Shown here: positions 41,710-52,670 of the stretch, one piece after another
Layout of the letters: every line of letters begins with the position of its first letter
Position numbering within the stretch: position 1 is the stretch's first letter
Origin: an uncultured bacterium
Lineage (GTDB): Bacteria > Chloroflexota > UBA5177 > JANWHV01
NCBI GenBank assembly: GCA_963827235.1
Contig: CAWHAE010000017.1
Coordinates: forward strand, 64,001-128,000
Direction: 5' to 3'
DNA: 64,000 bases
The notes under the pieces: model-generated
Databases searched by the model: none
What the model saw: the letters and a program-made list of their open reading frames with translations, nothing else
What the model was told of the DNA's origin: nothing
Translations under genes and position numbers: made by a program

Positions 41710-41942
41710 TATTAATTCCAGCTCGTGGCACTTCTGCGCGTTGTGGACGAGAGGAGGCGGCTATCTCACGGCTCTCCGGCATGCCGGCGTGCCGGACCGC
41801 CTTGTCCACTCTGAGAGCAGGGACATTCGACGGCCCCGCAGTCAGCGAGACGACGTGACGTGCGATGAGGTGCCCGGCGGCAAAGTCCCATACCGGTGAC
41901 CACGTGAGGGCAACACACGAAGCAAAGAGGAGGACATTGTTC

Positions 41943-42653
41943 ATGCGTGACGAAGGCACGACGGGACCGCGAATCCGGATCAGGCCCGATGGGCCATATC
42001 TCGTCTCAGGCAGCGTTCCGCTGACGGAGCGGTATCCCGCCGTGGGCGCACACGGCGAGCCGCTGGCCTGGGATCCGGTAGGTGTCGAGGACGAGGGGCA
42101 GGATCCACCCGCGACCTGCGCGCTCTGCCGTTGCGGACACTCCGAGAGCAAGCCGTTCTGCGATGGCTCGCACGCTCGGGTGGGCTTTGTCGGCACGCTC
42201 ACCGCCGACCAGCGCCGGAGCGCTTCGCGTCGCACGACGCTGGTCGGGACGGGGATCGTGATGACCGACGACGCCCAGCTCTGTGTCCACGCCGGCTTCT
42301 GCGAGACAAGCCTGACCAATGCCTGGGAGATGGTGGAGCGGACCGGCGATCCGGAAGTACGGGCCCGCGTCGAGGTGATGATCGACAACTGCCCGTCAGG
42401 ACGGTTGCAGTGGGCGCCGGCCGAGGGGGCCGCACCCGTCGAGCCGGCCTACAGAGTGTCGATCGCGACAATCCCGGATGGACCACTCTGGGTGCGCGGC
42501 GGCATCCCCGTAGAGGCGCCCGATGGTCTGACCTACGAGGTGCGCAACCGCGTGGCCCTGTGCCGGTGCGGGCAATCGGGTAACAAGCCGTTCTGCGACG
42601 GCACACATAAGGCCGTCAACTTCCGTGCGCCACGGCGCGACCAGCAGGAGTAG
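41943..42653 (+). CDS. CDGSH iron-sulfur protein (two CDGSH motifs around a divergent 4Fe-4S-like segment)
   Basis: LCRCGHSESKPFCDGSH, CVHAGFC...CPSG, LCRCGQSGNKPFCDGTH. Confidence 0.93.
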   Translation: MRDEGTTGPRIRIRPDGPYLVSGSVPLTERYPAVGAHGEPLAWDPVGVEDEGQDPPATCALCRCGHSESKPFCDGSHARVGFVGTLTADQRRSASRRTTLVGTGIVMTDDAQLCVHAGFCETSLTNAWEMVERTGDPEVRARVEVMIDNCPSGRLQWAPAEGAAPVEPAYRVSIATIPDGPLWVRGGIPVEAPDGLTYEVRNRVALCRCGQSGNKPFCDGTHKAVNFRAPRRDQQE

Positions 42654-42731
42654 CGGCGAGTACTGGCGCCGGCCACCAATGTCTTGGGCGCGAGATACGG
42701 CAACTGGGAAGATATCAGTGAGGGAATCTAC

Positions 42732-42971
42732 ATGGCGCAGCAAGAGCCAATCGTCATAGATGTTGTGCGTCTGCCGGACCCCATACAGGCGTTTGGGCCT
42801 GATTCAAGGAGTGGGTTCAGCAACCCAGTGTGCGCCAAGATGAGCGACGGGAACTCCGTCGATTTGTACTTCCATCAGGACGGCGAGCCGGATATTGCAA
42901 CCAGCGAGTTGGTCGGATTAACCGAGGCGCAAGCGCTGGCGCTCGTGAAGGAGCGTGGACTGCATCTCTGA
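42732..42971 (+). CDS. Hypothetical protein
   Basis: ATG with GAGGG RBS; acidic globular composition. Confidence 0.55.
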   Translation: MAQQEPIVIDVVRLPDPIQAFGPDSRSGFSNPVCAKMSDGNSVDLYFHQDGEPDIATSELVGLTEAQALALVKERGLHL

Positions 42972-43105
42972 TGCTCGGACATTTGGGCTTGGTCGGTGTT
43001 GCTTTGGCCGCGGCCCAAGTAAGTCGGTCGAGGGCCCGCGATCACGGTAGGTACCGCGCGACTACCGTGGCGCGTCATGATGCCGGCGCCATCGCTCGAC
43101 GCATC

Positions 43106-43576
43106 TCACTGCGGTGTCTCATCGAGCTGATGCCACAGCATCGGCGAGTAGTGTTCTACAAAACTCTGCTGGATGTCATCCTTCGTCAGATCCTGCATGC
43201 CGTACTGCTGCAAACCGGATCGAATGGTCGACTTGGACACATATGCTTTCCCCATCCTGGTCCATGCCCGTGTTTCCGCGTACGGAATAACCTCGGCTGG
43301 GTGCACTTCCACCCGAATGGAGTACTCGATTTTCCGCGCACGGCCCTTCGACACGATGATGGTCGCCACGGCGTGCTCGGCATCTTCGGTGTAGGAGGAC
43401 ACCACAGCCATGCGCCCATGCTGTGCCAGCACGTCCTGCAATTCGCGAAACGCGGGAAGCACGGCCTCGTTGAAGAACGCCGTGACTTCTGGTCGCGGGC
43501 GCGGCTCGTCCTCTTCAGCCTGCCTGGCATCCACCTTCGTGAAGAGTTGTTCGAGATCAGATTGCCAATCGCTCAT
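43106..43576 (-). CDS. Hypothetical protein
   Basis: MSDWQSDLEQLF...FFNEAVLPAFRELQ; GGAG RBS. Confidence 0.7.
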   Translation of the reverse strand: MSDWQSDLEQLFTKVDARQAEEDEPRPRPEVTAFFNEAVLPAFRELQDVLAQHGRMAVVSSYTEDAEHAVATIIVSKGRARKIEYSIRVEVHPAEVIPYAETRAWTRMGKAYVSKSTIRSGLQQYGMQDLTKDDIQQSFVEHYSPMLWHQLDETPQ

Positions 43577-43657
43577 GACGTTCTCCAGGAAAGACAGACC
43601 GACCACGGGGCATTCCAGAACCTCGCCACGGGAAGGTGCGCTCATCTGACCCGCCGG

Positions 43658-44140
43658 CTACGCCGGCAGGGAAGATCTTGCGCCTGTTCGCACCAACAGG
43701 ATGCCTGAACCTCCGTCGCGCGATACCCGGTCGGCCACGGACCCCAAGACCCAGTGCGTGAGGCCGGAGCGTCCATGCGTCGCCATCACCACCAACGCGT
43801 CCTTGCCAGCCACATCGATAATCGTCTGGGCGGGCTCGCCGCGCACGACTCGCGTCCGGCACGTCACATGCTCCTCCTGCAACCCTAGCGCTGCGGCTGT
43901 CAGATAGACCTGAGCCTCGGTCTCTTCAGCTCCGTCGCCGATCACCCGCAGCAACGTGACCTCGTGGACCACCGAACGGCCGAGTGCACGGACCACAGTG
44001 AGCGCTGCTTCGGCGAGCGTCGATCCGTCCAGTGGCACGACCACGCGCGTCAGGTCCGGCGGCGCAGTGAAGGCGCGCACCAGCAGTACCGGTGCGGTGC
44101 CGTGTCGCAGCAGGCGCTCCGCAACGGAGCCAGCCGGTGC
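43658..44140 (-). pseudogene. Universal stress protein, 5'-truncated (end of domain 1 plus domain 2)
   Basis: GSVAERLLRHGTAPVLLVR; VVVPLDGSTLAEAAL; VVMATHGRSGL..WVLGSVADRV; no start codon or RBS. Confidence 0.8.
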
Positions 44141-44156
44141 CACACTCGGCCTACGA

Positions 44157-44576
44157 CTATCGGTTGTGGTACGAGTACGGCGGACGCGTGTACCCATCAT
44201 ACCAGTACGGTGAATAGCCGTAGTAGCCGTAGACCTCACCGCAGTAGCGCTCATCCAACGTCTTGACGAGCTTCGGATCGTAGCGTGGGGCGCCGTGCAG
44301 ATGCTCACCACCGCGATCGATGGTGACCGCGTCGTCGGCGATGCTGGTAATCGCGTCCACGGGAATCAGCACGTGCGTGGCACCCAGTCCGAAGAAGTCG
44401 CCGCACTCCACGCGGAGGAGCCGTACCCTGTTCTCGACGTCATCGACCATCAAGCCGTCGACGGTGCCAATGTGCTTCCCCGCGTTATCCAGGACTTTCC
44501 GGCCCCGGACGTCCTCGCCGGCGTGTGCTACCGTCTCGCCGATGTCATGCAAGCTCCGCATTGTCGAAGCGGTCAT
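44157..44576 (-). CDS. PRC-barrel protein with Tyr-rich tail
   Basis: Close paralog of 41095-41514; AAGGAGG RBS. Confidence 0.9.
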   Translation of the reverse strand: MTASTMRSLHDIGETVAHAGEDVRGRKVLDNAGKHIGTVDGLMVDDVENRVRLLRVECGDFFGLGATHVLIPVDAITSIADDAVTIDRGGEHLHGAPRYDPKLVKTLDERYCGEVYGYYGYSPYWYDGYTRPPYSYHNR

Positions 44577-44668
44577 GTGTGTCCTCCTTCTCAGGCGTTG
44601 TCCCCGGTCACGGCGCGATGACCATTGCGCGGCATTCGGCTCGCGTAGGGCCGCGAGGGATCCTCTCT

Positions 44669-44771
44669 AGCATGGGCCTGCTGCGCCTCAATGTCAATCA
44701 TAGATGAAATATCCTCTAGCTATAAGCGGTAAGATGCGCTACAATTCTTATGAATGCTATTAGGATCATAA
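44669..44771 (-). promoter_or_regulatory. Conserved regulon promoter module, copy P8
   Basis: Minus strand: distal TTATGATCCTAA; proximal TAGAGGATATTTCATCTA (44701-44718); TTGACA (44697-44692); 17 nt ending GCC; CATGCT. Confidence 0.8.
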
Positions 44772-45088
44772 TATTAATACACACCGTGAGCCTCGGCAGG
44801 CCGCGGAAGATAGGAGGAAGGCTTCTCGAGACTCCGTAGCTGAGTGCACACGCATCGCGCCGCCGCGGCTACACCGTGAACGCGCAGGGCGAGGCGGACG
44901 ACATGGCAGGCTCATTAGCCGCCGGATACCGCACCCGGCAGAAGACCGTGACCGCGAACGGAGAATACACGATGCAGCGAGCGGAATTGGAGACAGGACC
45001 TTCACTCACTCGGCCCCTCGAGGTTCATCAGGCAGTTCTGAACGGATCACTGTAGGCACGTGGAAACGCATGTTAGGAGAAACTACTC

Positions 45089-45442
45089 ATGGCAACCCAA
45101 ACGATCCCTCGCGAGGAGTGGACACGGTTCTTTGACTGCTTCAGTGTCGATCATCGCGGCGCTATCGTCACCTTGGAGGCATGCAGTCCTGCGCTTGGCG
45201 ATCAGGAGGTAGCCCGTGAGCAGGTCTTTCGCGGTATCTCCGCAGACCTGAAAGACGGGGAGAATCGCATCGAGATCATGATGGGAGCCCTGCCTAACGA
45301 CGGCACAACGCATGCCGTGATGGCGCCGGAGCGGGTATGGCTCAACGATGCTCAGGGAGCCGGCAGCGAGACACTCGAGATTACCTGTGCTGAGGACGCC
45401 CGCACACTGCTGCACTTTGAACAGCAGGCATTGCTCCGCTAA
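45089..45442 (+). CDS. DUF5335-like protein
   Basis: MATQTIPREEWTRFFDCFS..HRGAIVTLE...FRGISAD...THAVMAP; AGGAG RBS. Confidence 0.75.
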   Translation: MATQTIPREEWTRFFDCFSVDHRGAIVTLEACSPALGDQEVAREQVFRGISADLKDGENRIEIMMGALPNDGTTHAVMAPERVWLNDAQGAGSETLEITCAEDARTLLHFEQQALLR

Positions 45443-45530
45443 GTAGCGCCGTGCGTCTTGCGAAACGCCGGCGCCTGAGGCCGGCCTACCCGGACACGCT
45501 AACAAGTGAGACGAGTTGGGAGAATCGAGC

Positions 45531-46199
45531 ATGAACAAAACGAAGGACGGCGTTGCCGGAAACATCAGCCAACTGATCACCTACGGGCAACGAGTCTACG
45601 ACTGCGACGGCAACAAGGTTGGCACGGTTGAACAGTATGACACCGAGATGGGGTGGATGACCGTGCAGAAGGGCGCCTTTGTGCATCATGAGCTGTATAT
45701 CCCGTTCAGCGTCGTCTGGACTATCGACAAGCGCGAGATCACGCTCACTCAGTCAAGGGATGACCTGTTGGCCTCGTACGCCAATCCGCCTGCCCGCACG
45801 ACGTCGGTGAAGAACATGGAGGTTGCCGGCAAGGGCACGCTTGAGCAGACCACAGTGACCACCGTCCCCAGCGGCTATACGGGTGCGCCCATCCAGGTTG
45901 ACCGGACCAATCTTGACGAAATCAAGCGCCAGATCGGCGTCGGGATGCGTGTGTTCGACGTCTACGGCGATAAGGTGGGCACGGTCGATGGCTACAACAC
46001 CGCGCATGATTACCTGAAAGTCAGCAGGAGCAGGTTTCTCCCACACGATCTGTTTGTACCGCTGGCACTCGTAGATGGCGTCGACCTGGAAGCGCGCGAC
46101 GTCCATCTCGCGGTCACCAAGGACCATCTCAGCCGGGTATGCGTTGTGTTGCCGGAGGACGGCTCTGCTCCCAGCACCGTCGTAGTTCCGGAGAACTAG
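45531..46199 (+). CDS. Tandem DUF2171/PRC-barrel-like protein
   Basis: GQRVYDCDGNKVGTV...QKGAFVHHELYIP and GMRVFDVYGDKVGTV...HDLFVP. Confidence 0.85.
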   Translation: MNKTKDGVAGNISQLITYGQRVYDCDGNKVGTVEQYDTEMGWMTVQKGAFVHHELYIPFSVVWTIDKREITLTQSRDDLLASYANPPARTTSVKNMEVAGKGTLEQTTVTTVPSGYTGAPIQVDRTNLDEIKRQIGVGMRVFDVYGDKVGTVDGYNTAHDYLKVSRSRFLPHDLFVPLALVDGVDLEARDVHLAVTKDHLSRVCVVLPEDGSAPSTVVVPEN

Positions 46200-46288
46200 C
46201 AAGCCGCCGGCGGAAGCGACACGGGGGTTGCCGTTCGTAGCATGGCGACCGCGGTGAACGCGTGCACAACGTAGCGATGGGTGGGGGG

Positions 46289-47305
46289 ATGGCCGACAGG
46301 CGGGAGATCGGAGCAACGCACCGGAGTGTGCTCGTCTACTTGGCCGTGAACTGCGCTGAGCTGCTCTCCCTGGCGATTGCGGCGTGGCTGACCGGCTCGG
46401 TGGCCCTGCGAGCCCAGACCGCGGCCAACTCGGCCGAGATCGCGGTCGAGCTCTTCTTGCTCATTGGCGTGCTGAGCAGCCTTCGGTCCCCCGATGACAC
46501 GCACCCGCTTGGGTACGGACGGGAGCGCTTCTTCTGGTCATTGTTCGCTGCCCTCGGCATGTTTATCGGAGGAAGCGGACTCTCGCTTGAGGAGGCCGTC
46601 CGTGCCGCGTTGCACCCTTCACCCGTTGACTCGTATCCGCTCGCCTACCTGGTATTGGCCACAACCGTCGCACTGGATGTGTTCGCCCTGGAGGTGGCAT
46701 TGCGACCACTACGGAAACAGGCGGCCGGACTGGGTGGCACACTGCGCGATCTGTTGCACCGAAGCACGGATCCCGCCAGCATCACCGTCGTCGTGGGCGG
46801 AGGCAGCGCAGTAATCGGCGGTATCGCAGCCGCGATCGGGTTAGCCCTGAGCCAGGCGACCGCAAGCTCAACGCCTGACACGGTCGCGAGCGCGCTTATT
46901 GGCCTGTTGCTCCTTGGCGCCTCCGTGCTCTTGCTGCGCACGAACCGCGCGCTTCTCTCCGGCCGGGGACTACCGCTTGCGATGCTGCGCGAAATGTCCC
47001 GAATCGTCGCCGCCCAGCCTGGGGTGGTCGACGTCCCGGACCTGTTCGGCGTCGTGATCGGGCCGTCGATCTTGATCGTCAACGGCGATGTCACCTTCGC
47101 CGACGACCTGGACGTACCGGCGGTGGAACAGGCCATCGTGCGTTCGGCTGCCGCGCTTCGAGAACGTTGGCCCTCAATCGAGTACCTCTACCTCACACCA
47201 GTCTCAAAGGCTCGCTCACGCCGTTCCGTTCGATCCAACTACCCGGCCGTCGACGGCAGGTTATCCGGAGAGGGCTACTCCGTGCGCGGCGGTGTGCCGG
47301 ACTAG
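46289..47305 (+). CDS. Cation diffusion facilitator family transporter
   Basis: WLTGSVAL, PDDTHPLGYGRERFFWS, about six TM segments and a C-terminal dimerisation domain; metal-site residues divergent. Confidence 0.85.
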   Translation: MADRREIGATHRSVLVYLAVNCAELLSLAIAAWLTGSVALRAQTAANSAEIAVELFLLIGVLSSLRSPDDTHPLGYGRERFFWSLFAALGMFIGGSGLSLEEAVRAALHPSPVDSYPLAYLVLATTVALDVFALEVALRPLRKQAAGLGGTLRDLLHRSTDPASITVVVGGGSAVIGGIAAAIGLALSQATASSTPDTVASALIGLLLLGASVLLLRTNRALLSGRGLPLAMLREMSRIVAAQPGVVDVPDLFGVVIGPSILIVNGDVTFADDLDVPAVEQAIVRSAAALRERWPSIEYLYLTPVSKARSRRSVRSNYPAVDGRLSGEGYSVRGGVPD

Positions 47306-47358
47306 GATCGCGCTTTTGGAACATCTTGTCGCCCATCGCTTGGCGTTTTGCCCTGGCT

Positions 47359-49278
47359 CTACACCCGCACCGGCTTGAGCCACAGGACGGCGAGCGGCGG
47401 GAGCGTGATCGAGAGAGAGTACTCGTATCCGTCGAGAGGGCTGTCGTCAGTTGCCAGTCCCGCGCTATTGGCGACGCCGGAGCCCCCGAAGTCCGAGGCG
47501 TCGGTGTTGAGCACCTCGACCCAGCTGCCTCGCTGCGGGACGCCGATACGATAGCTGTAGCGCACCACCGGCGCCCAGTTGACGACCATGGCGACGGCAT
47601 CCGTGACGTTCTGGCCCTGACGCAAGATCGCCACGACCGATTGTGCGGCGTCGCTGCCGTCAATCCAGGCGAAGCTCCCGGGAACGGCATCACCATCGTA
47701 GAGCGCGCGTTCCTTCGTGTAGAGCCGGTTCAGCTGCGCCACATATTCCTGCAGCTGGCGATGACAGAGGCCCGAGGCGCCCTCCAGCACGTGCCAGTCG
47801 AGCGAAGACTGGGCGGCCCATTCGCGCCGTTGCGCAAACTCTCCGCCCATGAACAGCAGCTTCTTGCCCGGATGGGCATACATGAAGGCAAGGAGGGCAC
47901 GCACGGTGGCGAAGCGCTGCCAGTCGTCTCCCGGCACCTTCTCGATCAGCGATCTCTTGCCATGCACGACCTCGTCGTGCGAGAGCGGCAGGATGTAGTG
48001 CTCGGAGAATGCATACGTGAACGAGAACGTCGTCTCACTCTGGTAGTCGGTACGGGAGCTGGGGTCGCGGGCGACATACTGCAGCAGGTCGTGCATCCAG
48101 CCCATGTTCCACTTCAGGTCGAAGCCAAGCCCACCGCCGGACGTTGGTTTGGTCATGCCCGGCCACGTCGTCGACTCCTCGGCACACGTCACGGCGCCGG
48201 GGTGATGCGCATGCACCGTGTCGTTGAAGCGGCCCAAGAAGGCGACAGCCTCAAGGTTCTCACGCCCACCGTGCTCATTCGGCACCCAGCGGCCCGGCCC
48301 GCGGTCGAAGTCTCGGTACACCATTGCGCTCACGGCGTCGACACGCAACCCGTCAAGGTGATATTCCGCGAGCCAGTAGTGTGCATTGGAGAGCAGAAAC
48401 GTCAGCACTTCATTGCGTTCGAAGTTGAAGACATAGGTGCCCCAGCTGAGATGCTCGCCCTGCCGAGGATCGGCGTGTTCATACAGGTGGGTGCCGTCAA
48501 AATAGCCCAGGCTGTAGCCTTCCTTGGCAAAGTGGCCGGGAACCCAATCAAGGATGACGCCGATGCCGTTCTGGTGGCAGCGGTCAACGAAGTACATGAG
48601 CTCGTGCGGCGTGCCGAAGCGATTCGTGGGGGAGAAATATCCGGTAGCCTGGTATCCCCACGAGCCGTCGAAGGGGTGCTCGTTGATCGGCAAGAGCTCG
48701 ATGTGGGTGAAGCCGAGGTCCTTCACGTAGTCCACCAGCGCGCGGGCAAGCTCGGTGTAGCTCAGGAAGCCATTGTCTGCACCGCGTCGCCACGACCCCG
48801 CGTGAACCTCGTAAACAGCCATGGGCTGCGACAGTATGTCGAGATCGGCCCGGCGCTCCATCCACTCCTTGTCGCCCCACGCGTAGCCGGCGAGCTCGTA
48901 GACAACCGATGCGGTACCGGGGAGTGGCTCGGCCCGGAAGGCATACGGGTCGGCTCGCTCCGTGCGGTAACCCAGGTAACGGGAGTCGATCGCGTACTTG
49001 TAGGCCGCCCCTTCGTCCAGTTCACGGACAAAGCCAACCCAGATCCCGCTCTCGCCGTGCAGCGCGAGCGGAGTCCGGCCACGCTCCCATCCGTTGAAGT
49101 CACCGATAACGCTGACGTTCGCCGCTCCCGGCGCCCACACAGCCAGGTTGGTGCCCATGACACCGTCGACCATTCTCCGATGAGCGCCCATCTTCGCGTA
49201 GGCATCCAGCCACGTACCCTCGTTGAACAGGTAGATATCCTGATCGGTCAGCACTGGATCAGCCGCGGCCGCGAGCAT
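47359..49278 (-). CDS. glgB: 1,4-alpha-glucan branching enzyme
   Basis: YEVHAGSW, EHPFDGSWGYQ, LDWVPGHF, GLRVDAVSAM, AEEST, LPLSHDEVVHGK. Confidence 0.97.
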   Translation of the reverse strand: MLAAAADPVLTDQDIYLFNEGTWLDAYAKMGAHRRMVDGVMGTNLAVWAPGAANVSVIGDFNGWERGRTPLALHGESGIWVGFVRELDEGAAYKYAIDSRYLGYRTERADPYAFRAEPLPGTASVVYELAGYAWGDKEWMERRADLDILSQPMAVYEVHAGSWRRGADNGFLSYTELARALVDYVKDLGFTHIELLPINEHPFDGSWGYQATGYFSPTNRFGTPHELMYFVDRCHQNGIGVILDWVPGHFAKEGYSLGYFDGTHLYEHADPRQGEHLSWGTYVFNFERNEVLTFLLSNAHYWLAEYHLDGLRVDAVSAMVYRDFDRGPGRWVPNEHGGRENLEAVAFLGRFNDTVHAHHPGAVTCAEESTTWPGMTKPTSGGGLGFDLKWNMGWMHDLLQYVARDPSSRTDYQSETTFSFTYAFSEHYILPLSHDEVVHGKRSLIEKVPGDDWQRFATVRALLAFMYAHPGKKLLFMGGEFAQRREWAAQSSLDWHVLEGASGLCHRQLQEYVAQLNRLYTKERALYDGDAVPGSFAWIDGSDAAQSVVAILRQGQNVTDAVAMVVNWAPVVRYSYRIGVPQRGSWVEVLNTDASDFGGSGVANSAGLATDDSPLDGYEYSLSITLPPLAVLWLKPVRV

Positions 49279-50000
49279 GGCGAGTCCTCCAGAAGCGTGA
49301 CACACTCACACGGTTCAACAACATCTCCAACTGCACGCCGGCCGCTCGAGCGGGCGTCAGTTGGCTGGGCAGAGCCGCCGGTGCCCTTACACGAAGGCTG
49401 TGGCTACATGCACGTGCAGCACCCCTACTGCGGCGTAGCTCCAGCTGACCTTCGCCGGCGTGTAGGGACTTCCACTTCGTCGATACCGTGCGCGCGCATC
49501 CAAATCCGATGATCTGCCACGACGCGCGCCAGATCGGCTCGCAAGGCAACCGCACGCTCCCGCGCCAACACGGATGGCTCCATGCCGCTTGGATCCGCTA
49601 TCGACCCTGTCCCGGCATACCGCCGTTCCGCTGCCTGGCGTGCCATCGTCGACTCCCGCAAATGGGCTCGCCAGGCGGCTGAGCGGTCTGCGCCGTCCTG
49701 CAACAGCCCATCGACGAGAGCACCTTCCTGGCGTATCAAACCATCAGGGCGTAAGCCGTGATCAAAGCGCACGCCGCGCCTCCTTTCGTACTCCTGCTAC
49801 CCACGAGCCGGGGGCGGGGCCGGCGCATGGCCATCCCTTGCCGCCACGCGAGCGACGTCGCCAGCCCACGCGGCTCTGGCATGCCCGCCGACGCCGTGCC
49901 CTTATGCTGGCGGCATTCTCAACCATGTTGGGCAGCATCGGCATCTCCTGGCACCGCATCGCTTCAGGAGTAGCTCCCGAGGTGCTGGCTGCCGATTCGT

Positions 50001-50103
50001 AGTATAGACCGGTGTCTTGTCGATGTCAATGATAACGAGAATAGTATAAACATAATCTTGGATGACTACGCCGAATTCTGCTCGTATGGTTGGAGTATCC
50101 TCA
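50001..50103 (-). promoter_or_regulatory. Conserved regulon promoter module, copy P9
   Basis: Minus strand: distal TGAGGATACTCC; TTGACA (50029-50024); 17 nt ending GTC; TATACT (50006-50001); points toward glgB. Confidence 0.7.
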
Positions 50104-50489
50104 TGCTAATTTCATGACAGTGAGTTGGGGCACGACAGAGTGAACGCGCAAACAAGATCCTCCCGAATGAAGCAGGCGATCTCCTGCTCGTGGTTACCGC
50201 ATTCGAGAGAGCCGTCGCCGCGCCTGGTCTTGCGGACCCGACGGTCACCCTGCCTGCTGTCTCGGGCGCGGTCGTAGCGCGCCTACCGGCACTGGTCTGA
50301 GGCAGCCGAGCAGGGATCAGCGACGCGCGCACCGGGGCGGTAAGTCGGCTTGCCCACTAGCTATCGTGGCGTCTCCACGCCGCTCAATGGCCCGATCCAC
50401 TGCCGCGCGTCGCGGGACCGGCCGCTGCAGTTGTCCACGGGCACGAGATCCGGTGCATTCGCCCGCTGGATCGATTGGCGCTTATTCAG

Positions 50490-50591
50490 TGATGATACTC
50501 ATAGCATAGAGTGGAAAGCCAGAGGTCTTCCATGCTATAGTGAGAATAATATAGGTCAATGGTTGACGCCGCCGGGCTGGAAGCCCATACT
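50490..50591 (+). promoter_or_regulatory. Conserved regulon promoter module, copy P10 (dnaK)
   Basis: Distal TGATGATACTCA (50490); proximal TAGT-GAGAATAATATAGGTCAA; TTGACG 50563; 17 nt ending GCC; CATACT 50586. Confidence 0.8.
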
Positions 50592-50729
50592 GTGACGGGA
50601 TGCGTGGCCTGTCTCGCAGGTTGGGTGGTCCCATGTCGGGCAGTGGAGACAGAAATACAGCCGGCCGGCTCAGCTGTTGTGGTAGAGAGGCGCGTGGCTG
50701 CATCCGCCGCGCGGGAAAGGTAGTCAACT

Positions 50730-52667
50730 ATGGGAAAAGTAATCGGCATCGATCTCGGAACCACCAATTCGTGTGTGGCGGTGATGGAGGGCGGCGAGCC
50801 GGTGGTCATCCCCAATGCCGAGGGCAGCCGCACCACCCCGTCGGTCGTCGCGTTCACCAAGACGGGAGAGCGCCTCGTCGGCCAGGTCGCCAAGAGGCAG
50901 GCAATCACGAACTCCGAGAATACCGTGTTCAGCGTGAAGCGCTTCATGGGCCGCAAGTATGCTGAGCCGGATGTCGATCGCGACAAGCGGCTTGTTCCAT
51001 ACAAAGTCACGGCCCGCCCGAACGGCGATGCCGCCATCGACGTCATGGGCAAGCAGTACGCGCCCGCCGAGATCAGCGCGATGATCCTGGGCAAGATGAA
51101 GACCGACGCCGAGGCATACCTGGGTACCAAGGTCACGGACGCCATTGTCACGGTTCCGGCGTACTTCAACAACAGCCAACGTGAGGCCACCAAGGATGCC
51201 GGCAAGATTGCCGGCCTCAACGTGCTGCGCATCATCAACGAGCCGACTGCATCGGCACTCGCCTACGGACTGGACAAGAAGAAGGACGAAAAGATCGCCG
51301 TCTACGACCTGGGCGGCGGCACCTTCGACATCTCAATCCTCGAGCTCGGCGACGGCGTGTTCGAGGTCAAGAGCACGAACGGCGACACACACCTGGGCGG
51401 CGATGATTTCGATCAGCGCATCATCAACTGGCTGGCCGATGAGTTTCGCCGCGAGCAGGGCATCGACGTGCGCGAGGACCGGGTCGCGCTCCAGCGCTTG
51501 AAGGAAGCGGCGGAGAAGGCCAAGATCGAGCTCAGCAGCGCGTTGACCACAGAGATCAACCTGCCCTTCGTCACCGCCGATGCCTCCGGGCCAAAGCACC
51601 TCGTGATTACGCTGACCCGGGCGAAGCTGGAACAGCTGGTCGGCGAGCTGGTCGAGCGGTCCAAGGGGCCGGTGAACCAGGCGCTGAAGGACGCCGGCTT
51701 GCGCCCGTCGGATGTCGACGAAGTCGTGCTCGTCGGCGGCCAGACCCGCATGCCTGCGGTGCAGGCCATGGTGCGGGAGCTGTTCGGGAAGGAACCGAAC
51801 CGCAGCGTGAACCCGGACGAAGTCGTGGCGATCGGCGCCGCGATCCAAGCGGGTGTGTTGTCCGGGGAGGTAAAGGATGTCCTCCTGCTCGACGTCACCC
51901 CGTTGAGCCTGGGCATCGAGACACTGGGCGGCGTCTTCACCAAGCTGATCCAACGGAACACGACAATACCCACGAGCAAGAGCCAGGTGTTTTCGACCGC
52001 GGCGGACAACCAGTCGAGCGTGGAGATCCAGGTGCTGCAAGGAGAGCGCGAGCTGGCCCAGTATAACAAGACGCTGGGCAAGTTCCACCTCGAAGGCATT
52101 CCGCCGGCACCGCGCGGCATGCCGCAGATCGAAGTCACGTTCGATATCGACGCCAACGGTGTGGTGCACGTGTCCGCCAAGGACAAGGGCACGGGCAAGG
52201 ATAAGAAGATCACCATTACGGCTTCCAGCGGGCTGGCCAAAGACGAGGTCGAGCGCATGGTGCGCGAAGCGGAGTCGCATGCCGCCGACGACACGCGCAA
52301 GCGTGAGGAAGTCGAGGCGCGCAACGCGGCAGACAACATGGTCTACAGCGCGGAGAAGACGATCGACGAGCACGGGAAGCGCATCAGCGGCGAGCTGAAG
52401 TCCGAGATCGAGCGACACATCGGCGATGTCAAGGCCGCGCTGAAGACCGACGACGTCGAACGCGTCATAGCCACGTCGGAGGCGCTCAAGAAAGCCTTGC
52501 AGGGAGTCGGCGCCGCGATCTACGGCCAACCGGGAGCCGCGGACGACCCCGCAAACGGCTCGAGCCCCAATGGCGGAGGCTTCGGCGGTCATGCTGAGGC
52601 CTACGGGAAAGCCGGGGCGCCAGAGCATGACGAGGACGCCGTGGAGGGCGAGTACCAGGAAGTGTAG
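50730..52667 (+). CDS. dnaK: Molecular chaperone DnaK
   Basis: [52 protein letters not shown]. Confidence 0.98.
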   Translation: MGKVIGIDLGTTNSCVAVMEGGEPVVIPNAEGSRTTPSVVAFTKTGERLVGQVAKRQAITNSENTVFSVKRFMGRKYAEPDVDRDKRLVPYKVTARPNGDAAIDVMGKQYAPAEISAMILGKMKTDAEAYLGTKVTDAIVTVPAYFNNSQREATKDAGKIAGLNVLRIINEPTASALAYGLDKKKDEKIAVYDLGGGTFDISILELGDGVFEVKSTNGDTHLGGDDFDQRIINWLADEFRREQGIDVREDRVALQRLKEAAEKAKIELSSALTTEINLPFVTADASGPKHLVITLTRAKLEQLVGELVERSKGPVNQALKDAGLRPSDVDEVVLVGGQTRMPAVQAMVRELFGKEPNRSVNPDEVVAIGAAIQAGVLSGEVKDVLLLDVTPLSLGIETLGGVFTKLIQRNTTIPTSKSQVFSTAADNQSSVEIQVLQGERELAQYNKTLGKFHLEGIPPAPRGMPQIEVTFDIDANGVVHVSAKDKGTGKDKKITITASSGLAKDEVERMVREAESHAADDTRKREEVEARNAADNMVYSAEKTIDEHGKRISGELKSEIERHIGDVKAALKTDDVERVIATSEALKKALQGVGAAIYGQPGAADDPANGSSPNGGGFGGHAEAYGKAGAPEHDEDAVEGEYQEV

Positions 52668-52670
52668 TGT

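Noticed and set aside
49425-49959. Gene between P9 and glgB
   Set aside because: Only broken, unassignable frames; possibly a decayed gene, but not supportable as a feature.
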